Source of the DNA: Selaginella moellendorffii
Taxonomy: Eukaryota > Plantae > Lycopodiophyta
Reading direction: 5' to 3'
Assembly (NCBI RefSeq): GCF_000143415.4
Contig: NW_003314265.1
Location: forward strand, 510,405 to 574,404
DNA length: 64,000 nucleotides
Both the position numbers and the translations under genes were made by a program. The notes beneath the pieces are model-generated. The model had not been told where the DNA came from. It did no database searches and worked only from the letters and a program-made list of their open reading frames with translations. Shown here one piece after another: positions 22,440-32,654 of this stretch (position 1 is the stretch's first letter; each line of letters starts with the position of its first letter).

Positions 22440-24615
22440 ACTCTACCTTACTTCTCTGAAGGTAAACTGTCCCGCTCGCTCGTGGGCATTCCTTTGTTGT
22501 CACAACCAGCCTTATATAACCAGTGGAACACCATTCTTTGAGTTTGTGAGAGCCTTCTAAATTCACTTTCTTGTCCAGCTTCATGATGTCCAGCGTCACA
22601 AATGCTTGAGTTGCTCCTAGGTCACTTCCCGTTGTAAATTGTACAAACACAAGCATCTTCTTGTTCAGCTTACCATTCCACAGGAAAAACATCGCCTTTG
22701 GCCCTGCTTCATAGAATCTCCCTGTCTAAGCATATGTTGTAAATGAAGCACCAGTAAACGAGCATACTTTGTGGCATGTTATGCCATAGTGCATTTACCA
22801 CCAAAGGCTCTCGCAAGATTATATAGTGAATTTCTATTGTAACTGACAAACTAGGAGTCTCTGTTTTATTATCAGTAACACCTCCAATATATGGAACTAT
22901 TGGTGCAAAATGTTCTCCTCCATCACTGCTCTCAAGGAAAGTTGCAAACCACAGTTTACAAGAGTCATGCCCCTCCTCCATCCTGGTACAATCACATGTT
23001 TGGCACCTGAAAAAGAAATAAGTAAATATCACAATATCACGTAATTCTATAAAGCTTGCGGTCTTACCTGAGAGATAGTAAGTAACTATCAGACCTATAA
23101 AACTTGCCATCTCAGGATTGTTCCACAGCAAAACTGTATCATCTCTCAAAGAGCGATGGACTCCAAGTTCCCAGCCTGTTTGAGTGATCATCCTTCGTGA
23201 AAACTCCATGAACCAATCTGCAGCAGGTGCAGTCTCCAGAATATACTTCTCAATAGCGGTGGAGATAACAGCTGGCATGTCTAGTCGACTAACATCTATA
23301 AACCTTTCCATAAACACTTGGATGTTGCTGCCATCAAAACCCAGGTAGACTGTAAATCTCTCCCACATCAAACTCTTTCATAGTTCCAGAAAGAAGATTC
23401 TGCCGAACCGTTAACATGCTATTTCTGCACCTGAAACAACTTCGCAGCATACCATATGACTTGAGTGCAAGGACGATGGGATTCAACAAAGACTGCCCTG
23501 CCTGAGGAGTTTAGCCTGATATGAAGCGACCCTTCATGCACTGTAATAATAATTGAGCTTCGTCTAGCACAACTATGCCATTCCCCCAACCCACGTCTTT
23601 TACCAGCTTTTCTATGCCGCTAGTGAAGTTTGCAACGAAAGAGGGCACTTGATGGACTTCGCAAACCAAACCAAGAAACACCTCAATCAGTTTCAGAAAC
23701 ACGTCATCATACTCCACCTGAAAAAACGCCCAGTCTTGTGGAACAAGCCCTGGCTTACACTCTTTCAATAATTTAAGCCAAGTGAGCCATGCAAGGATTA
23801 AGGCCCCCACGCCACACAGCTCTGGGGTAATATTTCTTTCTCCTCCTGGAAAAAGGTTTTCCACCCAGTTGGCCACTCTGTGAATATCTTTTGATCCTCC
23901 TCCAAACCCAACCATGGGACGGTCACCTGTGAAAAACAAACTGAACCTGGTGCTGGCTAGTTCAATCAGCATTCTTGTTTTCCCTGATCCACTAGGTGCT
24001 AAGAGCACAGTAACCTGCTGAACTGACAACCTTCCTGCAAAGCTTTTGTCCAACTCCACAAGTCCACTTTCAACACCTTCCCACAAAATGCATGGTCTAG
24101 CATCAAGCGAGCACACGAGTGTCCGAGCAGAAGGGAACCTTGCCTTGTAACGTGACTCGTACTGTGCTACTGCCGGTCATTTGAGAGAGATATAAGCGTC
24201 ACACGGACGTGTAATGTCTGCTTCTATAATGTCTGTTTCTGCTGTTTCTGTAATGCCTGTTTCTGTAAACAATAAAATTGAAAAAAAAACCAAGAAACCG
24301 GTTAAACGCCACAGCATATGGCCACCTAAAGACAAATGCGCAGGGAGAGCAAGGGCAATGCGATCGTCCTCCTTCGATCTTGGCGAAGAACCAAAAGGAT
24401 ATTTCGCATAAAGGAAAATTGGGGCAAGAAGTAGAAACCGAAGCCATCCTAAAAGAAAGTATCATACCACCCTTGGTGGCTCCTCCCGCTTCATGGAGCT
24501 GGAGTTAGCTGAGAACACCCGCTGAACCGCATCTATGTCCACTCTACCATCACAAAGGTAAAATTCTTGACTCGCTGCCCCATCTATGTCTTCAATGAAC
24601 TCCACAAGCTCTTCC
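22440..24615 (-). pseudogene. Decayed Crinkler(CR)-type gene: P-loop NTPase plus degenerate PD-(D/E)xK restriction-endonuclease-like C-terminus
   Basis: Walker A VLLAPSGSGKTR..L..RFSLFFT, Walker B IVVLDEAQ, frameshifted VVSG; C-terminal EAGPKAMFFL..MLVFVQF; in-frame stops at ~24178 and ~23511. Confidence 0.55.
24442..24615. repeat. Left arm of an inverted repeat (partner 28392-28651)
   Basis: Its reverse complement ggaagagcttgtggagttcattgaagacatagatggggcag...tttacctt..tgatggtagagtggac...cttttaggatggct matches 28392-28651, where ~90 bp extra is present. Confidence 0.9.
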
Positions 24616-24619
24616 ATAG

Positions 24620-27600
24620 TCCAGGACCCCTTGAATTATATAGACTTGGCCTCCATGCCACGTGTCATATGTCGAATGTCCAGGTAGAGGATATTTCACG
24701 AATATCCATTCTTTATATGCCACGAACCAATGGCCCATGCCATGTCAGGAGTTAAGCCATTCATGGCCATAGACCCTGATGTATTCAACTTGAACATATT
24801 GCAAACTAAATTGATCATGGTCGCTTCTCTACATTATGTTCTCACCTCTTGCTCTTTTTGCACATGACAAAAGATGAAGAAGCATTGTGTAGCATGTAGA
24901 AGTTAAAGAATGGACTCCACAAAATCTCATAATTAGTGGTAACTTCCCTACTGAAAGTCCATTTGAATTACTTACTTGTATTCAATATTTCTTAGCTTAT
25001 CAACTAAGTTAGCAAATGTGGTAATTAAAAGCTTAAAGAGTCTATTAAATGGGGAACTTAGATTGTATCTTAGCAAGCATTCTTGGGAATAGAACCCCAT
25101 TCATCCATGTCCATCATAAAATCTTCCATCTGTGGAAAAATGAGTTATACTGAAGAACTTGTTGGTATAAGCATTTTTATTAGAGAGTTCTTTATAAGGG
25201 CAGCTTGACAGAGTTCAATATAACAGAGATGAGAATCAAAAACTTTCTTAGCAAGGGGTTTAATCCTATTGAATTAAAGAATTGTTACTCTTGAAAGGAA
25301 CTTGGTGACACTCCAAGTTGCAGAATGTTAAGAGGACACCACAATAGATGTGGGGCAAACCATTGATTGCAAAATTTTCAAATCAGCAAGTCTATTTTTT
25401 CACTTGGCTCACTATAATGACTTTGTGTTAGAAGTGTGTAGATTGTTTGTACTTAGCGAAAGGGCCATGTTCTAGCATCCCTAGATGCTAATGCATTCTA
25501 GGACATTGTGACAAAAAGACTAAGATGTGGCAAGTGAAGTTTAAAGCACAACTTTGTCTTTATTTCTATATGCATATAATTGTTATTCCAAGTGTTCAAA
25601 TGTAATGCACAAATCTCTTATGGGTGTATAATTGCAATATTAGCAATTGCAAAAAAGTTCTAGATGAGAATGATTGACAACTTAATAGAGGACTGTATGA
25701 GATGGACCTCAAGACATGAGTTACATATCTAGAATGCACTCAATTAACTGTGAGGTGCATTAGGCATAAAGGAGGAGGGTGACTAGTGTAAATCCATGGA
25801 TTCCATCTTGGAGAACCCAGCAATTATAACTACAATGTAGTGCTTAAGTCTAGACTCACCAAACTTTGTGAAAGCTATAAGCAAGTTATGGAGGCATTGA
25901 TGGCTACAATAATGTGGCATTAACTATTCATAGAGCCAAAGGCAATGGGAGACTTATTGTAGGAAGGCTTGCAATACTCACTATACATGGAAGCTCTATA
26001 GAGCCATTACAAGAGTTTATCATTATTAGGTTGACTTTCACTCATTGGTATAGATGTTTTATTATAGGTCTTTCTAGTGAGGATGATCATTCCTCCTAGG
26101 GAACTCATCAACTACCTAATCTTTGATTTAGACTTTAGAGAAAACTTCCACACCTAAGTTGTGGACATTATCCAAGGTAACCATTTTCTCCCACACATGT
26201 TTTAAACTCTTGTGTTTTGAGTATTTTATAGATATAAATCTAGAAGAGTTATTCAAGTTTCACCATTTCACAATCACTTTGCCAGAGTTCTGAGTTTGGA
26301 TTTAAGTTGAGATATTGGTGTAAGACACAAATCCCTAGGGTTCTTCTATGATAATGAAAGTAGATAGCATTTTAAAATATATATAATTGCTTGACACTTT
26401 CTTTTGAATTCAACTTAGTTCATGTAGAAAAGTTAAAGGTAGGAATATTTGAAAATGCCTATTACTAGCACTTGTGGCCAACATTAATTCTGTGCCTTAT
26501 TGGATCCATTGTTGCACTTTAAAGAAGTCATAGAATCCTCTTCAAGTTGCCATGCTATAAAAAACCCAAAAACATACTTATTGATGGAGTGGACCAAATA
26601 TAAGATCCACTAGATGTTTAAGAATCTAGAGTGTACTAAGATGCCATGATCTACACATATATTCTTCTATGGTAATGGAAACAAATAATATTTTGAAATT
26701 GATATAGTTGTTTATGAATTCAAATTAGTTCACTAAAGGTGAGAATATTGAAGTATTCTATAAATGCCCATTATAAGCACTTGTGGCCCTTAGTAATGCT
26801 TGCCTCACCAAGGGTAATCACTACAATTTCTAAATTCAGGATTTAGGTTCAAGCTATTGTTGTTGGGTGTTAAAAGATCCTTAGATAGTAGAACCAAAAT
26901 CCTAAGGGTAAACTAGAGTTTGAGAACTTGTCATCAATTGCATCTCGAGTAGTAATGTATCTGTTATTGTCACTTTCTCTAGCAGAGCATTTTGCAATCT
27001 TTTTGCTCCCAGATGATGGCACAACGTTAAAAGTAGACTTAAGCTGCCTCATTAGAGCGGTCACCAAATTGTGAGAAGAAGAAGCATCATATAAAATCTT
27101 TGGTTTTATGCCTTGTTAGATCCATTGTTATACCTAATTGTTATAAATCTACTCTTATTAAAGTGAGGATGAACTTTCAATCCTTGAAAACTCTAGTTCT
27201 TTGCCCTTAACAAGCTGTGGCTTGCCCATTAACTTGATCCAACCGTTGGCAGCCATCGGATCAAGTTAGGTTCTCTACAAGAACGTGGTTGACAACTACT
27301 AGGTTCTCCAGAACCCAGCTGCCAGCCGCCAGGTTCTAGAGAACCCTCTCATCCTCCAATAACGTTATTCCACGTGTCTGTTAACAGTCTTGTTACAGCC
27401 TGTTAAGGCTATTCCCAGGCATTCCCTCCACAATGCGCTCACCAGGCTAACGCCCAACTCGCCTGTTCTGGGCGGGAATGTGCTTGCCCTACCCAGGAAC
27501 TGCCTCTTAACACATGGCATATATTGGATGGTTTAGGCCATGTTTAAAAACCCTTCTCACTCAATTCAAATATTAAAATGGTTATGTTTGGAAAAGTGAT

Positions 27601-28200
27601 TGAAGTGTCCACTGCTGTTGATCTCCTTAGCCAAATGTTATTGTACAAAATTGCAATCTCCTTAAACATGCTGTTCTTGGGAAGTAGTCAAGCCCAACTC
27701 ATATATACCTTCAACAAGTAGTGCACACCAGCCTAAAGTTAAGGAATCAGCCTCAATGTTGTAGCTTGGGTCTTACCATTCCCCTTAGTGTTGCCTATGT
27801 CACACATGAATGAGCTCTTCACCAACACCATGCAAACTTGCATCCAAATACAAGCTCCACCACTTCATGGAATTGGGAAAGGTGTTTGTTGAAACTGGGA
27901 CTATAATCAGGAAGATGAGCATGAAGTGATACACCAACCTGGGACCATCTATAGAGAAGTTGCTATGGTTTGTTCTTTCACGAAAGGAAGGTGCCTTCAA
28001 TCAGTAGAATAACATTCATAATGAGTCCTTATCTTTAGCCTAGTTTGTGCAAATCTTTGTGAACATCTTCCTTTAAGGTGTTAAAAGACCTAGATTGCAA
28101 ATCAATGGCAAGGAAGGATAAACTCAATTGGCTGGGGCACGACTCCAGATGCTATACATCCACAGCTTTGCAAAGGCATTTGTCGTAAAGAACACCATGT
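24620..28200. mobile_element. Degenerate TE-like insertion(s), family not identified
   Basis: AT-rich, CpG-depleted, no long ORF, internal short repeats (ctattactagcacttgtggcc / cattataagcacttgtggcc) and a hairpin cluster at 27230-27345. Confidence 0.4.
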
Positions 28201-28391
28201 TAAAGAAGATAGAGTGCAAGAGAATGAAAATTTGGTTCTTTTGTCATGTGCAATAAGAGAGCTACATTTAGTTTGCAATATGTTGAATGCATGGGATGTC
28301 TATGAGCCCAGGAATCAATTCGACACTTTCCCCAAAACCCTAGCTTTGAGTGGTGCCCTAAACTCGGAGCTATGGCGGGTGATGAAAAAGG

Positions 28392-28651
28392 GGAAGAGCT
28401 TGTGGAGTTCATTGAAGACATAGATGGGGCAGAGGGTCATGAATTTTACCTTTCTGATGGTAGAGTGGACGTAGATTCTGCGGGTGTTCTCGGCTAACTC
28501 CATCTCTGTGAAGTGCGAGGAGCCACCAACGGTCCGATGGAGAACTCTTGAACCAAGAAAAGAAGATGGTCTCAGCAAAGTGAAATTTCGGGCTGGATCT
28601 TCCAATGTCATCCGTCCCACGAGAGGTATGCTACTTTCTTTTAGGATGGCT
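28392..28651. repeat. Right arm of an inverted repeat (partner 24442-24615)
   Basis: See left arm; ends ~15 bp before duplication copy 2 begins. Confidence 0.9.
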
Positions 28652-28665
28652 CAATGTGAGTGCTC

Positions 28666-29436
28666 TCGCCAGTGAGAATAGTCGCGCTTAACCCCTCGCA
28701 ATTTGCTGCAGCTCTTAGATGCTCGCTGGTTTGGATGTCGGGAAAAGGGTCAGAAAAGCCTCAGTAAGTGTTGTGTTGTTGCCTGCTGCTGGATGGTTTT
28801 CCACTCCGTTATTCTTCCTCTCAGCTGTGAGCATCGCGGTCGATGCTTGGAGGCTGGCCTTAACCGGGCGTTTCAGGCTGCTCGACCAGTGGTGCGAGTT
28901 TATGCTATTACCGAAGATACCTGGCGACAAGTCCTGGAGTTTAGTAGGGTGGTGCACGAGGATTTGAGCAATTACGATCCAGAAGGTAGAGAAAACTTCC
29001 CCCTTCGCGTGCTCTGATCTAACTAACGTAGCTGCCGCTCCAGGTGCTTGGCCTGTTCTTGTCGACGAGTTTGTGGATCACATGTACAGGTAACACACTG
29101 TAGTTCTCTTGCTGGAAAAGAATGGCCGTCCTCAGAAAATCCTCCTGCTTTCAGAAGCTCGTCATGCTCTTGCATTGCGGAAGCCTGCGCTTGCGATCCG
29201 AGTGCAGTGCTGAGCTCTTCGGAAGTTTTGGATGCTACCTCTCAATTGAACCGAGCGAATACACTACCAGGCAAGAAAACTCGCTCCCACTATGATGTCT
29301 AAAGATCTATCTCTCTTCACAGGTATGGCTGCTACCGCCGGTAGTAAGAAAGACGAACGACGAGGTGTTTTTGTCACGACATTTGAAGCGTCTACTGCTG
29401 GAGAAACCTCTGCTCATGTCCTCCGGTGGGTTTTGA
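28666..29436 (+). pseudogene. AAR3/DCN1-like pseudogene (5' exons missing, internal deletions)
   Basis: Lacks the FYRFVFF segment (gtttgga|tgtcggga) and the VRMHHRH segment (gagttt|atgcta); deletion in the KRRRK region. Confidence 0.85.
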
Positions 29437-29682
29437 CAGATGAAAGCTTTGTAGTAGAAAAATTCTTTTCAATGTATAGTGGTGCCCGAGCAAGCGATGA
29501 TTCTTTTTTCCGCATAGCATTCTTGTGACCGAGAAAAACGTGACAATAATATTAATTCTCACTTGTGATCTAGACTCTACTCTAGTAAAAGTCTAATATG
29601 AAACAACTCTCTATATTTCTTGGCTAGTTAGGATGGTGCCCTAAGGACATAGGCAACGAGAATTTCTTTCATTTGTTTTGGA

Positions 29683-29882
29683 ATGGCAGCAGGTGGAAAC
29701 AGCATCAATATGCACGAGCAACAAAAGGTTACAAAGGTCGATTGTTTTGGATGGATGAGACAATGGAAATTCAAAGTAGCAAGCAAGGGACTATGGAAAG
29801 CAGCAGTGAGTCAGAGAAAAAGAAAAAGGATGCAATTGTCATTCCTCACTTTTCTTCTTCACCAAGACTTCCATTCCTGTAA
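29683..29882 (+). pseudogene. Small ORF family member A' (frameshifted)
   Basis: MAAGGNSINMHEQQKVTKVDCFGWMRQWKFKVASK lies in one frame and MESSSESEKKKKDAIVIPHFSSSPRLPFL in another, separated by a deletion. Confidence 0.75.
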
Positions 29883-29940
29883 TAGTAGTCCAAATTGTTT
29901 GTTCTCCCTCCAAGACACTTTGTTATGCTGAGTCATTTCT

Positions 29941-30275
29941 TGGTTTGCACTTTGGTTTGCTTAAGCAAACTTGTAAGGGTAGTGGATATATCTAAAATAT
30001 ACTTAAATATTCTAGAATATTTTATTATCTAACGGTTATTATTTATTTAGATTAAATTTGTATTTATAATTTATAAACATGCTTATAATTTTTAAACTTT
30101 CTTAAACCCTTTCTAGTATATTCTTTTTTATTCTATCATTTATGGTTGATATGCAATAAGATTAATTTTGTGTTTTAAATTATAAGCATACTTACCATTA
30201 TAAACTTTATTTGATCAGTTGAATTAATAAGTATTAAGCAAACTAAACATTGCTACATGGAACATGCAATTTATT
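29941..30275. mobile_element. AT-rich MITE-like insertion absent from duplication copy 1
   Basis: Copy 1 reads gtcatttct...caaggattgaaagc within ~30 bp; copy 2 has ~330 bp extra with gtttgcttaa (29955) / ttaagcaaac (30234) inverted ends. Confidence 0.55.
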
Positions 30276-30434
30276 TAAACAAGGATTGAAAGCAATAGAG
30301 CATATCTAATTCATCCTTCACACATGAAGACCATACCCATATCCTTTCTTCTCTCCAATTTGTAACTGGCTCAATGGAGTTAGTGCTTTGGATGGAGGAG
30401 TAGTCAACCCACACAATCTGAGTCCTGTTGATTG

Positions 30435-30504
30435 CCCTCACAATATCCAGAAGCTGGTCGTGCTCGTGTTCTGGAGCACGACCAGCTTCTGGATATTGTG
30501 AGGG
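30435..30504. repeat. Perfect inverted repeat, 31-bp arms with an 8-nt loop
   Basis: ccctcacaatatccagaagctggtcgtgctc-gtgttctg-gagcacgaccagcttctggatattgtgaggg. Confidence 0.95.
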
Positions 30505-30761
30505 ATATTGCATTGTGGAAGCCTTCTGAGTGCTGTGCTGAGCTCTTTCGAAGTTTTGGATGCTACCTCTCAATTGAACCGAGAGGCGGAGGAAAGAGAC
30601 TAACGAGGTGTCTTTGTGGCGGTATTTGAAGCGTCTACTGCGAGAAACCTCTGCTCATGGGTTTTGATAACATTGTCGTAAGACAATAATATGAAGCGAA
30701 TTTTTTTTCCACTGTTGTGATCTAGACTCTATTCAAATACAAAACAATCATTGATTTTGGA

Positions 30762-30915
30762 ATGGCAGCAGGAGTTGAAGGTGGAAACACGGACGAGCAA
30801 CAAGAGGTTGCAACGAGACAATGGAAATTGAAACAAGTAGCAAGCAATGTGAGCAAGACTATGAAAAGTAGCAGTGAGGTGCAGTTGTCACTTCTCTAGA
30901 CTTCCACTCCTGTAA
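30762..30915 (+). pseudogene. Degenerate small ORF family member B'
   Basis: Copy of 20403-20580 with further deletions. Confidence 0.6.
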
Positions 30916-31341
30916 TAGGCTTCTAAATTTTTTATTTTTTGTAGTGAAAACAAAATCTGTCATCTTGAACATTTGAATCTGTTCTAAATTTTGGTAGTCC
31001 ATTTTGTGTGAGGGATGTGATCCTCCCAAAAGCATGGAAATTTAAGATATCTCGATTGACGTGATAATTTGTTCTTTGAAACTTTCAAGATATGTCATAA
31101 CATCACATCCCAACACATTCCAGGAAACTTCATTTGCATGCCGAGTCTTTTGCTTGGTGTGCAAGGAAAGTCTCGTGGAAAGCCGGGATATAAAACACAG
31201 AGGATGGGAAGCTTCAGTGTCAAGAACTCGTAGCGACACAGTGTAGAAAATATAATTCCAGGCTCCAGGCACCGGGCACCAAGTTCATAACAATTCTGCA
31301 AATTCTTCATTGTCGATTCTCCATTTTGTGATTGGAAACCC

Positions 31342-31563
31342 ATGGCTCAAGTTCATGCTGCGGAGTTGAAGGGCAATCAACAGGAGCTCAGTCCTAACAA
31401 GCGCATGGGCTGTTTTGGATGGAGGAGTAGCAGCAACAAGACCAGCAAGATCAAGCCCAAGAAGAATGCCCAAGTCTCAGATGGGAAGATCAAGGAGAGA
31501 AAACAAGAGCAAGCAATAATTGTTCCACACTTTGCGGCTTCAGCCAGATTGTCAATGCTGTGA
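31342..31563 (+). CDS. Small ORF family member C' (73 aa, intact, ends RLSML)
   Basis: Differs from 21046-21267 by only two amino acids (KQKQ>KQEQ, FATS>FAAS). Confidence 0.65.
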   Translation: MAQVHAAELKGNQQELSPNKRMGCFGWRSSSNKTSKIKPKKNAQVSDGKIKERKQEQAIIVPHFAASARLSML

Positions 31564-31749
31564 CATGGATTTGCACAGCTTCAAGATTTTTTCCTTTTCG
31601 TCTTGAAGAAACGAACTTGTAATATATTTGTTGTTTCATGAATTGAAATCATTCAAAAAAATCTCTTCAATTCATTCCCAATGATCACAAAAATGCTTGT
31701 TATCACTTCGCATGAAGAAGAACTGAGAATGTGGAAAACTTCAGGTTTT

Positions 31750-32220
31750 AGGACATCAGTGAGCTCTTGTTTCATTCTCTCAGCTGCTCACTCACTTTGC
31801 CTTGTAGTCTTCAATCTGGTCCAAGGCATCGATGTGGCTGAGACGGAGGCGAAGATCAAGGCGTATAATGAGGAAAACTACGAGCAAATCCTCGCATCCA
31901 GAGCCCGCAAGGTAAGGCGTGTTTTCGAGGAGAAACAAATCCTTACTCTCTCTCTCTGTCTCACATACACACACAGGCTGTGGAGATTAGCACCGCTCTC
32001 CAGCAAGAGCAAGGCTTCACTGAAACGAGAGAAGCCGTAGAACAACCAGAAATTCTTTTCAATGGCAGCGAGAATTTGGGACCTTCTGGAGCGTACGCGC
32101 CGGCAGTGGCGGGTATGTTGATGCAGAGCCAACGAGGCAGCCCGAGATTGGCTCAACGGTGGACCCAGAGGCGCAGAGGATTCAAGAGTTGCGAGCCGCC
32201 ATCGCCGGCAGGACAAGCGA
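31750..32220 (+). pseudogene. MAT1 pseudogene (exon 1 and nearly all of exon 2 deleted, frameshifts)
   Basis: ttttagg joins directly to acatcagtgag; several deletions in the last exon. Confidence 0.85.
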
Positions 32221-32654
32221 TCGCTGCTCAATGGATGAAGCAGCAAGCTGATGGTTCTAGCTTAATCAACTGGAAGTTGGACTCCATTAGGTACATCTTA
32301 GGGCTTAGAATTTGGAGAGGGCCGCGCGTACGCGAGCCCTCAACTTCCACAAATTACGACGTCCACTCCTCCACTTTGGGAAGATGGTAGGCCGGCCAAG
32401 CCTTAGTGCAATGGGAAAGCCGAACCTAGGCCACTGGCCTTCATGATCATCAATAGACCCCGTCCAGGTAAGTATGGTTCACTTCCCCAGGCCCTATCTT
32501 ATATACTGCTATTGTGCCCTCATTCTGCGCCCCAGCATGTGGGATAGGGCAAAGAATCGGTACAGCATATCCTTTAGTCAAAGGCCTAGTCGAACAGTCA
32601 ACAACTATCAAATAATCTCAGAACTTCGATACTAGATAGTGAGAGACCTCTTGA

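Larger units (their letters stand above)
28666..32246 (+). repeat. Segmental duplication copy 2
   Basis: Colinear with 18382-22281, with deletions in AAR3 and MAT1 and two insertions (29941-30275; hairpin at 30466-30504). Confidence 0.92.

Noticed and set aside
23511-24116. Possible NB-ARC (NLR) resistance gene
   Set aside because: The Walker B (LDEAQ) and P-loop context do not match NB-ARC (LDDVW, GLPL, MHD absent); no LRRs nearby
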